Source: an uncultured virus (IMG/VR IMGVR_UViG_3300042356_000546) (Duplodnaviria; Heunggongvirae; Uroviricota; Caudoviricetes). Taken from it: a stretch of 64,000 nt of DNA. Shown here one piece after another: positions 1 to 11,605 of this stretch (its first letter is position 1; every line of letters starts with the position of its first letter). A program made the position numbers and the translations under genes. Below the pieces are notes generated by a model. The model saw only the letters and a program-made list of their open reading frames with translations. It was not told the origin of the DNA and made no database searches. The stretch lies in the IMG/VR virus record IMGVR_UViG_3300042356_000546. One strand, written 5' to 3'.

Positions 1-2903
1 ATGATAAATGCATCTGTTCCGTCAGCGGTGGCAATTGTGGTGCCTTGTGGGAATGTTAATGCACCACTGTTGTTAAATGTCCAAGTATGAGCATCTGTAC
101 TGTATTTTGTGGCAATAGTAGCGCCATTGTTGTCAACCCACATCCATGAATCTTCATCAGCACCTTGCGGGCCTGCTGTGATACCAGCATAGTTGCCTGC
201 TACGGTTTTTAGTGTAGCACCGTTGATAATGCTTTGATCTGGCAATACCACAACACCGCCATTGGTGACTTCTAGTACATACTGGTTGTTGAGTCCCTGG
301 TTAGGATTTTCATTGTACAGTTTGCTGGTGGTGATTTTTCCAGAATCTAATGAGTCAGTAAAGCCTTCACCAAAGTCTGTAATAGATAATCCGCCACCAC
401 CTAGTACACTAGCACCACTGCTGTCTACAATATCGCCGCCTGGGGGTAGTCGTAGTCTTGTGGTGTCATCAACGAATTCAAATTTAAAATCGCCACCGCC
501 ACTAATTTCAATATGAGCACCAGCGTTGTCAACCCATACATAGTTGTTGTTGCTTTCTATCTGTGCGAACTCACTGCCAACGACATTGGCCTCAGAAGAT
601 TCTAATCTAATGTTTTCCGTTGAAGTAATGTTGACATCGAGCCCATCACCGTAGATAGTGAGTTCGTCATCGTCAGTGTCAATTTCGATGCGAGATTCTC
701 TATAATATCTAAACTCGATACTAGTTACCGTAGTAGGATTTTCGGGAGGTGCCGCATTGATATACAATGTAACATTGCCGGGGCTTCCTGTGCTACCGTC
801 GAATGCAATAAATTCTCCACCGTTGACGGAAATTGTAATATTGACAGCACCAGCCAAACCATCGTCGGCAAAGGTTGCGAGATCACTAGCACTAGTAAAT
901 GCTATTTCTCCTGTGCCGCCTGTGCCAGTCCACACCGCTGAGGCCCAGCCGCCCGCAAATGTTTCGGACTGTTGATCGCCTCGTGCTCGCATTGTTGCTA
1001 GGCCATTGTTTGGATCTAGTCTAAAGTAGGCTCGAAGGGCATCGTCGTCGTCTTTGGATTCGAGTTGGAAGACTGCTCCTGGGTCCGCAATAATCTTGTT
1101 ATTTTCAAATGTAATATCACCAGTGTTGGCATTGCCGCCTGGTTCACCACGTTCGCCAGTTTCACCTTTTTCACCTTGAAGTCCAGGTGCTCCATCATTG
1201 CCTGCTGGTCCTTGTGGTCCTTCTGCTCCATCAGCGCCTGCATTGCCTTGTGGTCCCTGTGGCCCAGTTGGACCTGCAGGTCCTTGTGGTCCAGTTGCCC
1301 CTGTGGGTCCAGTTGCCCCTGTAGGTCCTGCTGGTCCCGTAGCGCCTTGTGCGCCAGTAGCGCCAGTAGCGCCAGTTGGTCCAGCAACCCCTTGTGGTCC
1401 TGTATTGCCAGTATCGCCTTTTTCCCCTTGTGCGCCTGTAGCGCCAGTAGCGCCTTGTGCGCCTGTGGGTCCCGTAGGTCCTGCTGGGCCAGTATCGCCA
1501 GTATCGCCTTTTGCACCAGCTGCTCCAGTGGCTCCCGTAGCACCCTGTGGTCCTGTAGCCCCCGTAGGTCCCTGTGGTCCTGTATCTCCTTGATCGCCTT
1601 GTGGACCCACAATAGGTCCTACATTATTCCATTCAGCATCTATCAAGTTCCAAAACCACAGACTACCGTCTGCATTAGTTTGTCGAGTTTGTTCTAAAAT
1701 AAATGTTCTATTATAATGACTGACTTGTCCAGGGTTGTTGAAATCTCTTAGTTTTAAAACTCCGTCAGTTGGAACAGATATTGTGATTGATTCGCCTTGA
1801 TACGGAACATATAGTTGTTGACTTGTTGCAATGTCTGGAGTTGTCCCATCTAATGTATAAAGTAAATATTGTCCTAGTGGATCAGTATCGCCTTGTCCGA
1901 CATTTATTAATTTAAATGCGATTACATTTGCATCTAAAGTCGGAGTCCATACAGGTGTATCCGCGTATCCAATCCAATCAAATAAATGTGGGGCTGATTG
2001 GATTACTGGAGTAAGACCATCACCTGTGGTAACAATCCAACCGTGTCCGGCAAAGTCTGCTGGGTTTACTGGTGCCGCAGGTAAATCTGCTATTGTTGCC
2101 TTGGTACCTTGTAGTGTTACTGAAACACCTTGTGCGCCAGTATCGCCTTTTGCTCCCGCAACTCCTTGTGCGCCAGCAGGCCCTGTAGAGCCTTGTGGTC
2201 CGGTATCGCCTTGTGGTCCGGTCGACCCGGCAGCTCCAGCAGCACCACTTGGTCCCGTAGGTCCCGTAGGTCCTTCTGGTCCTGTAAGTCCGGTATCGCC
2301 TTTTGCGCCTGTGGTGCCTTGACTTCCCGTAGCACCTGTAGGTCCCGCTGGTCCCGTGGTTCCCTGTGCGCCAGTAGCACCTGTGGCGCCTGTAGGCCCT
2401 GCAACTCCTTGTGGTCCTGTGGGTCCTGCTGGTCCAGTAGCACCTTGAATACCCTGCGGTCCTTGTGGCCCTGCTTCGCCACCGCCTGAAAACAACTGCC
2501 CGTCAACATATAAATCGCCGTCATCGGTGACTGTTAAGGCAGCGTTAATTCTTAATGGAACATTGTTGATGTATATGGTGTTGTTGCTGACATACAGACT
2601 CTTCCACATTTGAGTAGGACTACCAATGTTTCCACCTAAGTTTGTGCTGGGTAATATGTCCCCACCCACAGTCAAGTTGCTGGTTATGGTAGTTGCTTGA
2701 TCGATAGTGATTGCTGAACTATCAGTAGTGCTCATCACACTGCCCGTAAACTCAAATGCTCCCAGGTTTAAAGCACCAACGTCTAGCCCTAGTGCAGTGT
2801 ATAATTCTGTGAAGTTAGCATTGATCTTTTGAAAGGCGGCCCGTAAACTGTCTCCGCGATTGTCGTTAGGTGATGTTCCTACATTGATTGGTTGTTTAGC
2901 CAT
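1..2903 (-). CDS. Collagen-like tail fibre / baseplate-attached fibre protein (runs off the left edge, >=967 aa)
   Basis: ATG at 2903 gives [35 protein letters not shown], resembling T4 gp9/gp10-type N-terminal motifs. Two in-frame Gly-X-Y tracts (~1135-1610, ~2040-2490). Frame spot-checked open to base 1; absent from the ORF track because no stop lies in the window. Confidence 0.85.
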   Translation of the reverse strand, partial: MAKQPINVGTSPNDNRGDSLRAAFQKINANFTELYTALGLDVGALNLGAFEFTGSVMSTTDSSAITIDQATTITSNLTVGGDILPSTNLGGNIGSPTQMWKSLYVSNNTIYINNVPLRINAALTVTDDGDLYVDGQLFSGGGEAGPQGPQGIQGATGPAGPTGPQGVAGPTGATGATGAQGTTGPAGPTGATGSQGTTGAKGDTGLTGPEGPTGPTGPSGAAGAAGSTGPQGDTGPQGSTGPAGAQGVAGAKGDTGAQGVSVTLQGTKATIADLPAAPVNPADFAGHGWIVTTGDGLTPVIQSAPHLFDWIGYADTPVWTPTLDANVIAFKLINVGQGDTDPLGQYLLYTLDGTTPDIATSQQLYVPYQGESITISVPTDGVLKLRDFNNPGQVSHYNRTFILEQTRQTNADGSLWFWNLIDAEWNNVGPIVGPQGDQGDTGPQGPTGATGPQGATGATGAAGAKGDTGDTGPAGPTGPTGAQGATGATGAQGEKGDTGNTGPQGVAGPTGATGATGAQGATGPAGPTGATGPTGATGPQGPAGPTGPQGPQGNAGADGAEGPQGPAGNDGAPGLQGEKGETGERGEPGGNANTGDITFENNKIIADPGAVFQLESKDDDDALRAYFRLDPNNGLATMRARGDQQSETFAGGWASAVWTGTGGTGEIAFTSASDLATFADDGLAGAVNITISVNGGEFIAFDGSTGSPGNVTLYINAAPPENPTTVTSIEFRYYRESRIEIDTDDDELTIYGDGLDVNITSTENIRLESSEANVVGSEFAQIESNNNYVWVDNAGAHIEISGGGDFKFEFVDDTTRLRLPPGGDIVDSSGASVLGGGGLSITDFGEGFTDSLDSGKITTSKLYNENPNQGLNNQYVLEVTNGGVVVLPDQSIINGATLKTVAGNYAGITAGPQGADEDSWMWVDNNGATIATKYSTDAHTWTFNNSGALTFPQGTTIATADGTDAFI

Positions 2904-3038
2904 TGTTGTTCATTCCACTAAGTTTGCGTATGCGTTCTAATTCGGAGTCATCGCCCTGCTTGCTCATAAAGCTCACGATTCGCGAGCCAGCTCTAGCAGG
3001 CGAATAAAGAGGGGTACGTCCAGTTTGATTATATCCAT
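2896..3038 (-). pseudogene. Small virion-type gene apparently split by an internal deletion/frameshift
   Basis: MDIIKLDVPLFIRLLELARES* in one frame and [27 protein letters not shown] in a shifted frame. Preceded by a TAAATA late-type motif. Confidence 0.5.
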
Positions 3039-3070
3039 AGTTGTATATTTATCGGTTAAATAACATTACT

Positions 3071-4273
3071 ATGATTAACAAAGCGCCCTTTAACACCCTA
3101 CTTAAAGACATGAAAGACACGGGCAGATACCGTGTGTTCAACGATATTATACGTGAAGCAGGCAAGTTTCCCAACGCCATGTGGTACGGTCCTTACAATA
3201 TCAAGAACATTGTGAACTGGTGTTCAAACGATTATCTAGGCATGGGTCAGCATAAAGTGGTTCTAGATGCCATGCATACTGCGCTAGACCACACAGGAAG
3301 TGGTAGCGGAGGCACTCGCAACATAGGCGGTACCAGCCACTATCACGTGGCGCTAGAACACGAGCTGGCCCTGCTACACAACAAGGCCAAGGCCCTGTTA
3401 TTTTCATCAGCCTATGTGGCCAACGAATGGACCTTGATTGCTCTGGCCAAGATCATTCCCAACATACATTTTGTTTCAGACAGCGAGAATCACAACAGCC
3501 TAGTGATAGGCATGCGTCATAGTCGAGCAGCAAAAAGCATTTTCGAACACAACAATCTAGCTGATCTAGAAGACAAGTTAACCAGTATACAACTCACAGG
3601 CAATGTGCCCTGTATTGTGTTTGAGTCAGTCTACTCAATGGATGGCGATGTAGGGCATATCAAAGAGATCTGTGACCTAGCTGATAAGTACGGTGCCATT
3701 ACATATATCGACGAAGTACATGCGGTAGGACTCTATGGTCCCCACGGTGGTGGGAAAGTTGAAGAGCTTGGGCTACAATCCCGTATTGACATAGTCAATG
3801 GTACATTAGGGAAAGCCTATGGAGTCCAAGGTGGCTATATAGCTGCCGATGCTGAGATCGTCGATGCCATCCGTTCAGTAGCTGCTGGCTTTATCTTTAC
3901 CACATCAATGAGTCCTGTGAGTTGTGCAGGTGCATTGGCTGCTGTAAAGTATCTCAAAGACCATAATGAACTACGCGAGCAACATCAAGAACGTGCCCGT
4001 AAACTAAAGTATAGATTGATCAAAGCAGGTATACCTGTCATGGAATGCTCAACCACGCACATCGTACCTGTGTTAGTGGGAGAAGCCAAAAAGTGCAAGG
4101 CCATGAGTGATGCGCTGTTAAATGATCACAACATCTATGTGCAGCCAATTAATCATCCTACGGTTGCAGTAGGAACAGAACGATTACGTTTTGCTCCAAC
4201 GCCATTCCACGATGACGGCATGATTGAAGATCTAGTTATGTCTCTCAAAGACGTTTTTAATAGAACCTACTAG
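3071..4273 (+). CDS. hemA: 5-aminolevulinate synthase (PLP-dependent, Shemin/C4 pathway)
   Basis: [47 protein letters not shown] (PLP lysine), ERLRFAP. Start taken at ATG 3071. Confidence 0.93.
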   Translation: MINKAPFNTLLKDMKDTGRYRVFNDIIREAGKFPNAMWYGPYNIKNIVNWCSNDYLGMGQHKVVLDAMHTALDHTGSGSGGTRNIGGTSHYHVALEHELALLHNKAKALLFSSAYVANEWTLIALAKIIPNIHFVSDSENHNSLVIGMRHSRAAKSIFEHNNLADLEDKLTSIQLTGNVPCIVFESVYSMDGDVGHIKEICDLADKYGAITYIDEVHAVGLYGPHGGGKVEELGLQSRIDIVNGTLGKAYGVQGGYIAADAEIVDAIRSVAAGFIFTTSMSPVSCAGALAAVKYLKDHNELREQHQERARKLKYRLIKAGIPVMECSTTHIVPVLVGEAKKCKAMSDALLNDHNIYVQPINHPTVAVGTERLRFAPTPFHDDGMIEDLVMSLKDVFNRTY

Positions 4274-5132
4274 TCTTTAGATACTGGCAGTATTCTTTAA
4301 TGCCCTGCCAGGGTTCGTAGAATAAATCAACATCGACTCCCGCAAGCGCCAGCTTGCTAGTATCAGCTTTGGTATCCAGTTGATACTGTGCTTTGAGATC
4401 ATCGGGCATGGGGATAGAGCATTTGACACCTGTACCACATTCATTGATCACAATGTTGGCAATACTGTCAAAGTCCACACTGGCTCCTGTGCCTAGATCA
4501 TAGATGCCGGGTGTGTAGTTTTTCACAAAGTGATAGATGGTACTGGCCACATCCTCTACCCATATGAAGTCTCTACGATAGTTCATGCTGTTTTCAAATA
4601 TGTTGATCTTGCCGTCTGTTTGTATTTGATTGTACCAATGCATTATGGTACTGGCCATACGACCCTTGTGATACTCGTTGGGTCCGTAGACGTTGAACAA
4701 TCTCAATACCACTCCTGTAATCTCTTGTTCACTGACCTGTTTGCTGAAAGCATATTGATTGAGTGGTCCTGTACCATTGCCATAGACTGCGGCTGAACTG
4801 GTAAAGATAAAAGGGATGGCATGTTCCAAACAAAAGGCATTCCACATACGAGTTGACAGCACATTACTTTTATAGATAGATGGCCAGTTGCGTTCCAGTG
4901 TGCTAGAGTTGGCGCCAATGTGAATCACTGCGTCAATGTCTTTGGGATTGAATGTGGTCTTTTCAAATGTAGAGTGCGGATGTATGCTTTTGAACCGCTT
5001 GCCCACAAGATTGCGATACTGCGTTTCATTTAGCAGATCATCAAACAAGACAACATCAGAGATACCCTGCTTGTTAAGATAGCCCAACATCACGCTGCCA
5101 ATAAAGCCGCCGGCACCTGTTAATACAATCAT
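4257..5132 (-). CDS. hldD: ADP-L-glycero-D-manno-heptose 6-epimerase
   Basis: [50 protein letters not shown]. Confidence 0.88.
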   Translation of the reverse strand: MIVLTGAGGFIGSVMLGYLNKQGISDVVLFDDLLNETQYRNLVGKRFKSIHPHSTFEKTTFNPKDIDAVIHIGANSSTLERNWPSIYKSNVLSTRMWNAFCLEHAIPFIFTSSAAVYGNGTGPLNQYAFSKQVSEQEITGVVLRLFNVYGPNEYHKGRMASTIMHWYNQIQTDGKINIFENSMNYRRDFIWVEDVASTIYHFVKNYTPGIYDLGTGASVDFDSIANIVINECGTGVKCSIPMPDDLKAQYQLDTKADTSKLALAGVDVDLFYEPWQGIKEYCQYLKTSRFY

Positions 5133-5890
5133 AGTATTTCTTCCATCGTAGGAGCATAACATCCAACATGCTGAACTGTGATAGCGGCAGCTTGGTTGGC
5201 AAAGTCCATGGCTCTTTTTATATCTTTGGTATGTAGGTAGTTGTAGACAAGTGCGGCAAGAAAGGTATCTCCTGCGCCTGTAACATCTACAACTTCTACT
5301 CTTGGTGCTTTAGAACTATACTTGTGATGAACAGCATCCGCACCTTTGGCACCACGTGTAACAATTAACCCACTGCACTCGCTTTTGATTTTACTGTATT
5401 CCAATTCATTGATCTTTACCCATGCACCTTGCATACGTTCTAGATCTATTTTCTTAGTATCGATAAAGATAGGAATACTCAGTGCGATCAGTTCTTCTAT
5501 AAGTTCGTAGCTAACTGTTCCTTTATTGTAATCACTGACTACAACAGCATCATAAACATTGGGAATATCTGTTTCGAATGTCAACGGATCAGATACAATG
5601 TCATTGTCAATACGCACAATCTGTTGTTGACTACGTTGATCGATTAATCTAGTCTTTGTACTTGTTTCGCCGAAAAGATAGTTTACTTCACAGCCCAATG
5701 CCTCTAGATTGTTAAACACATTACCTGCCATACCATCACTTTCTTCTGCATATGTAGGCACAAATACAGGCACAGGTGCTTCTGGGCTTAGCCTATCAAT
5801 AGTCCCGTACTGGTAAATGTCTTTACAGTTATCGCCTATGAGCAATATCTTGAATTTTGTTTGTGGTTGAGTAGTTGCCAAGTCTGTCAT
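5129..5890 (-). CDS. Heptose-7-phosphate kinase (HldE/RfaE domain I, PfkB family)
   Basis: RLSPEAPVPV, SDYNKG, VDVTGAGDTFLA. Confidence 0.88.
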   Translation of the reverse strand: MTDLATTQPQTKFKILLIGDNCKDIYQYGTIDRLSPEAPVPVFVPTYAEESDGMAGNVFNNLEALGCEVNYLFGETSTKTRLIDQRSQQQIVRIDNDIVSDPLTFETDIPNVYDAVVVSDYNKGTVSYELIEELIALSIPIFIDTKKIDLERMQGAWVKINELEYSKIKSECSGLIVTRGAKGADAVHHKYSSKAPRVEVVDVTGAGDTFLAALVYNYLHTKDIKRAMDFANQAAAITVQHVGCYAPTMEEIL

Positions 5891-6233
5891 AAAATTTTAT
5901 CTCTTTGCAGTATTCTGCACCTATAATAGGCTTACCACGATAGTCGCTACCTTTAACCATAACATCGGGTTCGAAGTCTTTGATCAATTTAATTAACTCT
6001 TCATCGGAATCAAATGTTTCTACACGATCTACTGACTTTAGAGCAAACAACAAACTACAACGTTCGTATTCGTTGTTGATCGGTCTATCATTGCCTTTCA
6101 ATTGTTTTATTCTACGATCACTATCTGCTAAAACTAACACGTAGCTATTGGGCAAACTTCTAGCATAATCTAACAGTCTCAAATGCCCTAAATGTATAAT
6201 GTCAAAGGTTCCATTAACTACAACCCGTGTCAT
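5829..6233 (-). CDS. Heptose-1-phosphate adenylyltransferase (HldE/RfaE domain II)
   Basis: NGTFDIIHLGH, LKGNDRPIN, KGSDY, YSTT. Confidence 0.88.
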   Translation of the reverse strand: MTRVVVNGTFDIIHLGHLRLLDYARSLPNSYVLVLADSDRRIKQLKGNDRPINNEYERCSLLFALKSVDRVETFDSDEELIKLIKDFEPDVMVKGSDYRGKPIIGAEYCKEIKFYDRLGNYSTTNKIQDIAHRR

Positions 6234-6850
6234 GCAAGCGACTCCACAAACTGTGCTAGGTTGTCAAATATAATTGTGCGCTGTTTGATCTTTCTATAGG
6301 TAAATTTTTGTAATTCTTTTTCAGTTTCTAAGCCATAGCCAGTCCTTACCAACACTGGTCGAGCACCTATATTCATGGCTGCTTTAAGATCTTTCATCTT
6401 GTCGCCTACATAGTAGCCGCCTTTGAATTTGATATCCTTAACGTCAGCTTCACATTTTTTAAACATGCCCACATTGGGTTTGGCAAACGGATCTTCTCTA
6501 CGACTGCTGGCACTGTAGTAGATGCCGTCAATTGAAAAGCAGCCTGCTTCGCCTAACAGTTTCAGCATGTGCTCATGCACAGTGTCCACATCTTGTTGGG
6601 TGTAAAGACCTTTTTCAATGCCACCTTGATCAGTGATCACTGTGATCTTATAGCCTTTACGCCTGAGTTCAGCTATAGCGTCAATACTGCCTGGAATGGG
6701 GTCAAAGTCCTCAACCTTGAAGCAGTAGGTGCCTAGGTCTCGGTTGATTACTCCATCACGATCAAGCCCTACCACACATTTTGTGCGGAACTCTCCACCT
6801 ACCCAAGATATCTTAGGTTGGTTGTTCTTCGGTTGGTTTAACGGCTGCAA
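6230..6850 (-). CDS. gmhB: D,D-heptose 1,7-bisphosphate phosphatase (HAD family)
   Basis: LDRDGVIN, TDQGGI, KPNVGM, VGDKMKD, LVRTGYG. Confidence 0.88.
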   Translation of the reverse strand: MQPLNQPKNNQPKISWVGGEFRTKCVVGLDRDGVINRDLGTYCFKVEDFDPIPGSIDAIAELRRKGYKITVITDQGGIEKGLYTQQDVDTVHEHMLKLLGEAGCFSIDGIYYSASSRREDPFAKPNVGMFKKCEADVKDIKFKGGYYVGDKMKDLKAAMNIGARPVLVRTGYGLETEKELQKFTYRKIKQRTIIFDNLAQFVESLA

Positions 6851-7211
6851 CTTGACTGTCTCCTGGAATGATTCTGTAATTGTCTTCTACTGAGTCTGCT
6901 GTGCTGACTTCAAATACCATTGAGTTGGGTTTGAGTGCAATCAACTGATGCGGCATCATTGGCGGATTGCGCCACGTGTCACCTTCTTTGAGAATTTGTT
7001 CTTTGTAGGTGGCAGTGGTAGTGTCGCACCAGATTAACTTGAACTCGCCTGCGTTTACAAACCAAGTTTCATCTTTTTCTTTGTGAAAGTGCATACTAAA
7101 CTTGGCACCTACCTTTTCAAATACTAAGATTTTGCCTGCGTACTTGTCATTGGTGGCCCATATAATTTCGTAGCCCCACCCTTTGTCTTGTTTACCTTGT
7201 AGTTGTGTCAT
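6813..7211 (-). CDS. Cupin sugar-isomerase-like protein
   Basis: KGWGYEIIW, SMHFHKEKDETW, PH, EVST cupin motifs. Confidence 0.7.
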   Translation of the reverse strand: MTQLQGKQDKGWGYEIIWATNDKYAGKILVFEKVGAKFSMHFHKEKDETWFVNAGEFKLIWCDTTTATYKEQILKEGDTWRNPPMMPHQLIALKPNSMVFEVSTADSVEDNYRIIPGDSQVAAVKPTEEQPT

Positions 7212-7798
7212 TATCTTTTCTCAATGATTTTGTCAATGAGTCCATATTCTAGTGCTTCTTCTGCTGACATAAACGTATCACGATCCATGTCACGTTCAAA
7301 CTCAGCATAGGTCTTACCTTTGGTATTGTGCTTGACGTACAGTTTGGTCAAGATGTCTTTCATCTTGGTGATTTCTTTGTATTGAATTTCAATGTCGCTC
7401 TGCATGCCACGAGCACCGCCGCTGGGCTGATGAATCATGTGGCGGGCATAGGGCAACATATAACGCTTGCCTGCCGTACCTGCTTGTGCTAGGAATGAAC
7501 CCATTGAACAGGCCTGTCCCATAACATAGGTAGCCACATCACATTTGATAAACTGCATGGTATCGTAGATGCTCATACCGCTTGTGATAACACCACCGGG
7601 ACTGTTAATGAACAGTGAAATCTCTTTGTCTGGATTTTCTGATTCCAAAAATAACAATTGTGCCACAATAGTATTTGCCATCATATCTTCTACAGGGCCG
7701 TTCAACATAATAATACGTTCTTTGAGCAAGCGGCTGTAGATGTCATAGGCCCGTTCCCCTTTGGAAGTTGACTCAATGACCATTGGTACTAAATTCAT
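7211..7798 (-). CDS. clpP: ATP-dependent Clp protease proteolytic subunit
   Basis: [27 protein letters not shown] (catalytic Ser), [22 protein letters not shown]. Confidence 0.95.
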   Translation of the reverse strand: MNLVPMVIESTSKGERAYDIYSRLLKERIIMLNGPVEDMMANTIVAQLLFLESENPDKEISLFINSPGGVITSGMSIYDTMQFIKCDVATYVMGQACSMGSFLAQAGTAGKRYMLPYARHMIHQPSGGARGMQSDIEIQYKEITKMKDILTKLYVKHNTKGKTYAEFERDMDRDTFMSAEEALEYGLIDKIIEKR

Positions 7799-7941
7799 CG
7801 TAAATCCTTTTAATTAATAAGAAATCTAAGTATAGCAGCTAACCCTGTCTAGGTCAACTTCAATCTTAGTTATCTAAAAAAACATTGACTAATTATAGTT
7901 TTGATTGTACACTAGTTGTTCTTTGATTAAATACACGTATT

Positions 7942-8454
7942 ATGACCACCTTAGTACTTAACGCAGACATGCAGCCATTAAGCCTATTACCCCTCAGCAC
8001 CATAGACTGGCAGGAAGCCATTCGTTACATTGTGTTGGACAAGGTTAAGGTTTTGGAATGGCACGAAGATTGGATCGTGCGATCTGCACGTTGGGAAACT
8101 CGCGTGCCTGCTGTGATCATGTTGAATTCTTATCAAAAACCCAAACACACTATGAGGCTGAGCAAACGCAATATATTTCTGCGTGACGCCTATGCCTGTC
8201 AATACTGTGGAATAGAAGTGGCGGAATCTTTGGCCACTTTGGATCATGTGCTGCCTGTGAGCAAGGGCGGCAAGACCACTTGGGAAAACTCAACCACTGC
8301 CTGCAAGAGCTGCAACTACAAGAAGGCGGCACATGTGGGCAAGATGAAACCAAAAGTCACACCCTACAAGCCTACATTTTGGGACCTTGTGGCCAAACGT
8401 AGGGTCCGAGGGTATCATCTACAGCATCCTAGCTGGGCAGATTATTTAGGTTGA
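7942..8454 (+). CDS. HNH endonuclease (McrA-like)
   Basis: RDAYACQYCG, TLDHVLPVSKGG, WEN..ACKSCN. Confidence 0.9.
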   Translation: MTTLVLNADMQPLSLLPLSTIDWQEAIRYIVLDKVKVLEWHEDWIVRSARWETRVPAVIMLNSYQKPKHTMRLSKRNIFLRDAYACQYCGIEVAESLATLDHVLPVSKGGKTTWENSTTACKSCNYKKAAHVGKMKPKVTPYKPTFWDLVAKRRVRGYHLQHPSWADYLG

Positions 8455-8559
8455 TTTATTTTTCCTAGTGTAGTACACTAGGTAAATACTCTTGCGAACA
8501 TTACAATACAGTACGGTATTGTTGACGCATTGCGAAAATTGATATAAAGGAGAAATATT

Positions 8560-9624
8560 ATGCCGCAACTTATTACAGCAACCATCACCCCCCAAGAGTT
8601 TCAAACTCTATTCGGATTTCCAGAACCCAGCGGACTTTTTAACGATGCCCAATTTCGTTTAGTGATAAACAAGTTTGGACGTTGCTACTGGCTATTGGCC
8701 TGGGATAATCTGCAAGGTCCTAGATTTAGTGGAGTCAATGTTTACTATCAGGGCAACAATTCTAGACTAATAAGATCCATCTATCCAACAGCACGTCGCA
8801 TCATTGACGTGGGTGCTAACATTGGTAATAACACCATTGCCTACGCAGAATGGGCCGATGATGTGGAATCATTTGAGCCCACTCCTACCACATTGACCAT
8901 GCTCAAAGCAAATATTGCCATTGCTCAGCAGAGCAATCTGCATGGTATCTATTGGCAAGGTAATGTATGGAATGGTGCAATCCATCGAGATCCTAACCAA
9001 GCTGTAGGTTGGTTTGTCTGGAAGGGGATTCCTCAGAGTATGAACATAGCTGGTAACATCACGGTTCACGAAGTGGCACTTACTAATAGAAATATTGGTA
9101 CTATTGGCATTCAGGATCATCCAGAACACGGGGGTCACAACTTTGCTGTCTACAACGACAAACAGATTAAAAAGTCTCAACACGTGGTCAATGTTCCTGC
9201 AAGAACCATAGACAGCTACAAATTTGATGACGTTGATGTTATCAAGATTGATGTGGAAGGCAGCGAGCTATTTGTGATAGAAGGCGCTGACGAAACTATC
9301 AAGAGATGCAGGCCTAGTGTGCAGGTTGAGATTGTTCCAAAGCAATGTGCTCAATACGGATATCAACCTCAGGATCTATATGACTATTTTGCCAAATTGG
9401 ATTATGTCTGTGTCTGCGCTGTGAGAAGACCAGCTAATGCGGAGCAGAAGGCTCTAGGTTTACATTTTGGTAAGGACATTGGTATGACACATCAACAGAT
9501 TCCAAAGTACATGGATAGACTGTTTGTGCCACGTGAGGTGCATGATGCCACAGTTGCACTAGGTAACTATGGTGCAATAAAGCAGGCAGATAATCAATTT
9601 GAATCTCTGTTTGATTTTGGTTAA
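8560..9624 (+). CDS. FkbM-family SAM methyltransferase
   Basis: IDVGANIG, FEP, IKIDVEGSE. Confidence 0.85.
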   Translation: MPQLITATITPQEFQTLFGFPEPSGLFNDAQFRLVINKFGRCYWLLAWDNLQGPRFSGVNVYYQGNNSRLIRSIYPTARRIIDVGANIGNNTIAYAEWADDVESFEPTPTTLTMLKANIAIAQQSNLHGIYWQGNVWNGAIHRDPNQAVGWFVWKGIPQSMNIAGNITVHEVALTNRNIGTIGIQDHPEHGGHNFAVYNDKQIKKSQHVVNVPARTIDSYKFDDVDVIKIDVEGSELFVIEGADETIKRCRPSVQVEIVPKQCAQYGYQPQDLYDYFAKLDYVCVCAVRRPANAEQKALGLHFGKDIGMTHQQIPKYMDRLFVPREVHDATVALGNYGAIKQADNQFESLFDFG

Positions 9625-9701
9625 TTGATTGGTTGACAAATAACCCTAGCTGTATTATACTATAGCTAGGGTTTAATTTTTACACACAGAAAGGCAATCA
9701 A

Positions 9702-11078
9702 ATGGCGACAGCAAACACATTCAATCCTGTAGAGAAAGAACATCACTTCCGTAGTTTCGGTACTTGGCTAAGTGACGTAACCAAAGTTATTCCTACAGAC
9801 AAATCAACTATCAAACGTCGACTACAAGATTTCAGTGAGGCAGAACTTGATGCACATATGGATAAGCACAAGGTTTTAGCTGAGTTACCGATCAATAAAG
9901 AAAACGAAAATCTTCAACGAGTTGTTGAAGAAGTCCTTACACACTATAAATCAACAGGAGTCCTTGACGGAATACTGTTACCGTTCGAGGAACGTAAGAG
10001 TCGATTAAAGGGCGTAGAAAAACTTCCTATTCGAGACATTTGGTTGAACTACGGTGAAGACGGACAAGGGGGACAACGTAATCCTAAACCCCGTCACATT
10101 CTACAAATGTTGCGTCGATGGGACGTAGATGGTCTTACCTGCGGCAATGCTCGAATCGATCCTACAGATAATCGAGTGTTTGTTAACGAAGGACAACAAC
10201 GTAGCATTGCAGGTTGTATTGTAAGTCGAACAGAATTCGCATACGAAGTATTACCTAGCTCAGACGATATCGACGATCTTCGTCAGTTCAAACGTGAGAA
10301 TCAAGGCAAGCTTCGTGCTACTGAAGTAGAACTTGCACTTAGCGATGCATTGGTTGTTAAGAAAAGTCTTGAAGATTATTGTATTAAAAAGAAAATCGAC
10401 ATCACTGAAATCAGTTATGCAGAAGTTTGTAAACAGATGCAACTCAGCAAAAGTGATGACGAGTTTGTTAACTTTAAAATTTTCAATGAGCTCAGTCTAA
10501 AGAGAAACTTCCGTATGGTCAATGACGAGAACAAGGAAGAAAAGAATCTCAAAGGAGCTTGTTCTAATATCAGTCAGCTCAAAGCAATCTTTGAAACCAC
10601 AGCATACAGCGACGATGTTCTGACTCTTGCTCTTGATTGGTATGAATACATTTGGCCGTTGAAGAGATTAGAAACTGCTGATCTAATTGGGTTAGTTGAA
10701 ACAATTTATTTTAATAAGGATTGGATCTTTGAAAAGGATTTTGACAAAGACCTGTTCCAGGTTAAATTAATGAATGCTTTGCGTGAACAATGGCCTAACA
10801 AGACCAGTGGCAAGGGTTCTACTCCTGCTTGGCGCCAGATTCAAGATGAGATGAGTGAACAGTTTCCGTATAAGACCAAGGAGGATAAAGAAAAGAATGT
10901 TAAGTTCTATTCTGTAGACTCTACACGTATCGCAAAACATATGTGGATCGCTCAAGGGTTTTATTCTGTTCTTAGCCAGCGTCTGCCAAAGGAATATGCG
11001 ATGCAATTAATACAACCTCATTCCGTTGAAACTAAATTGTTATTTCCGTTAACAATGCCTGTGATTAAAAATGCTTAA
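9702..11078 (+). CDS. ParB/Srx-like (DUF262/DndB-related) domain protein
   Basis: GQR...VNEGQQR matches the xQR...DGQQR signature. Own promoter near 9633 (TTGACA-17-TATACT). Confidence 0.55.
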   Translation: MATANTFNPVEKEHHFRSFGTWLSDVTKVIPTDKSTIKRRLQDFSEAELDAHMDKHKVLAELPINKENENLQRVVEEVLTHYKSTGVLDGILLPFEERKSRLKGVEKLPIRDIWLNYGEDGQGGQRNPKPRHILQMLRRWDVDGLTCGNARIDPTDNRVFVNEGQQRSIAGCIVSRTEFAYEVLPSSDDIDDLRQFKRENQGKLRATEVELALSDALVVKKSLEDYCIKKKIDITEISYAEVCKQMQLSKSDDEFVNFKIFNELSLKRNFRMVNDENKEEKNLKGACSNISQLKAIFETTAYSDDVLTLALDWYEYIWPLKRLETADLIGLVETIYFNKDWIFEKDFDKDLFQVKLMNALREQWPNKTSGKGSTPAWRQIQDEMSEQFPYKTKEDKEKNVKFYSVDSTRIAKHMWIAQGFYSVLSQRLPKEYAMQLIQPHSVETKLLFPLTMPVIKNA

Positions 11079-11565
11079 ACACACAGAGCTAATCAATCAA
11101 CTGATTCGACAGCGTCAGCTTCAAACTGGCGCTGTGTTTGATCGAAAGACCTATTGGTGTGCAGCTAGTTACAGAAAGGTTGCAGAAACCAGCGACCTAC
11201 GTTACGACTATGCCTATTCTATTATGAAGAAGTGGTCAGGCGGCACTTCTGAGCAATGGGTCGAAAAGATGCCTGTCAGCTTTAGAGGTTATTTGTTAGA
11301 TTACGGTCGAGGTGCAAACAAAATGATTAATCAATATAGAGATCTTGATCCAGAGATCATCTACGAATATGATTACTTTCATACTGTTAATGCAGATCAT
11401 ATACTGCCAAAAAGTTACGGCGGACAATGGACGTTTGAAAATTGTATTATTCGTCCGAAAGTAGCAAACATCATACGTCAAAACTTCAACGACGAAACCC
11501 TTAAAGAAGCCCTACTAATTACTGCAGATAGTTACAATATTTCTCTTGACATGTCAACCACTTGA
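11071..11565 (+). CDS. HNH-domain protein overlapping the ParB-like gene
   Basis: ADHILPKSYGG.WTFENC...AN; 8-nt overlap with the upstream gene. Confidence 0.7.
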   Translation: MLKHTELINQLIRQRQLQTGAVFDRKTYWCAASYRKVAETSDLRYDYAYSIMKKWSGGTSEQWVEKMPVSFRGYLLDYGRGANKMINQYRDLDPEIIYEYDYFHTVNADHILPKSYGGQWTFENCIIRPKVANIIRQNFNDETLKEALLITADSYNISLDMSTT

Positions 11566-11605
11566 TGTTACAATATTAGCATTGTAACAGATTAGAAACA
11601 GACTT

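Noticed and set aside
262..2524. Several track ORFs on both strands over the collagen region (Pro/Val/Cys-rich or Gln/Leu-rich)
   Set aside because: They are shadow frames of the Gly-X-Y repeats in the real minus-strand gene starting at 2903.
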